From a virus, in IMG/VR virus record IMGVR_UViG_3300030117_007673, positions 32,001 through 96,000 of that record: DNA of 64,000 bases; one strand, 5' to 3'. A program made the position numbers and the translations under genes. The notes beneath the pieces are model-generated. The model saw only the letters and a program-made list of their open reading frames with translations, was not told the DNA's origin and did no database searches. Of this stretch, positions 63,810-64,000 are shown piece by piece. Positions within the stretch are counted from its first letter, which is position 1; each line of letters opens with the position of its first letter.

Positions 63810-64000
63810 ATGGAAGAGAGATTTTTAAAGGAACTATCAGAATATTTTCCAAAAATGAAATTTTCACTTATCAATAAGGATATCAGCAACGAGGGCTACG
63901 TGCCCTTTAGTTACAAAGAGAGTCAAACCCTCAAAGCAGGGAGAAAGAAGCTTAAAATATCATGGAGCCCTCCAATATCAGAGATTAAAAGCGAAGAATA
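63810..64000 (+). CDS. Hypothetical protein, 3'-truncated by the window edge
   Basis: ATG at 63810, frame open to the window end (MEERFLKELSEYFPK...). Confidence 0.45.
   Translation, partial: MEERFLKELSEYFPKMKFSLINKDISNEGYVPFSYKESQTLKAGRKKLKISWSPPISEIKSEE

Noticed and set aside
1-64000. Alternative genetic code (TAG/TGA recoding, as in some jumbo phages)
   Set aside because: Core genes are full length in code 11, and TAG (e.g. 15716, 33264, 53840) and TGA (e.g. 18086, 39116) end genes at expected positions
1-64000. Numerous minus-strand ORFs in the track
   Set aside because: All are antisense shadows of long + strand genes, with no motifs or SDs
1-64000. tRNA genes, CRISPR arrays, introns/inteins and homing endonucleases
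   Set aside because: No cloverleaf, repeat-spacer array, LAGLIDADG/HNH/GIY-YIG or intein motif recognised; terminase, portal, primase and UvsX appear uninterrupted

Overview
This window is part of a large T4-like (myovirus, probably jumbo) bacteriophage genome. It is almost entirely + strand, gene-dense and uses the standard code 11. It carries the virion morphogenesis core: large baseplate/tail-collar-like proteins, two repeat-rich tail fibres, terminase, portal, prohead protease, scaffold, major capsid, neck, tail terminator, sheath, tube, tail chaperone, tape measure and baseplate genes. DNA-metabolism genes are interleaved: RuvC-like resolvase, primase, fused SbcD-SbcC, a short PolA-like protein, gp32 SSB, UvsX and a deaminase. 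Notable items are a phage ribosomal protein bS21, a tubulin/PhuZ-like gene, an unannotated 34-aa 10-Cys metallothionein-like peptide, and a probable +1/-2 frameshift in the tail chaperone. There is also a two-tier promoter system (sigma70-type before DNA genes, ACTA(T/C/A)TTA before virion genes), an apparently split tail-collar domain, and pervasive [ST]-[GA]-S tripeptides in virion proteins alongside sulfotransferase- and methyltransferase-like genes. All assignments come from motif recognition by eye; no searches were run.
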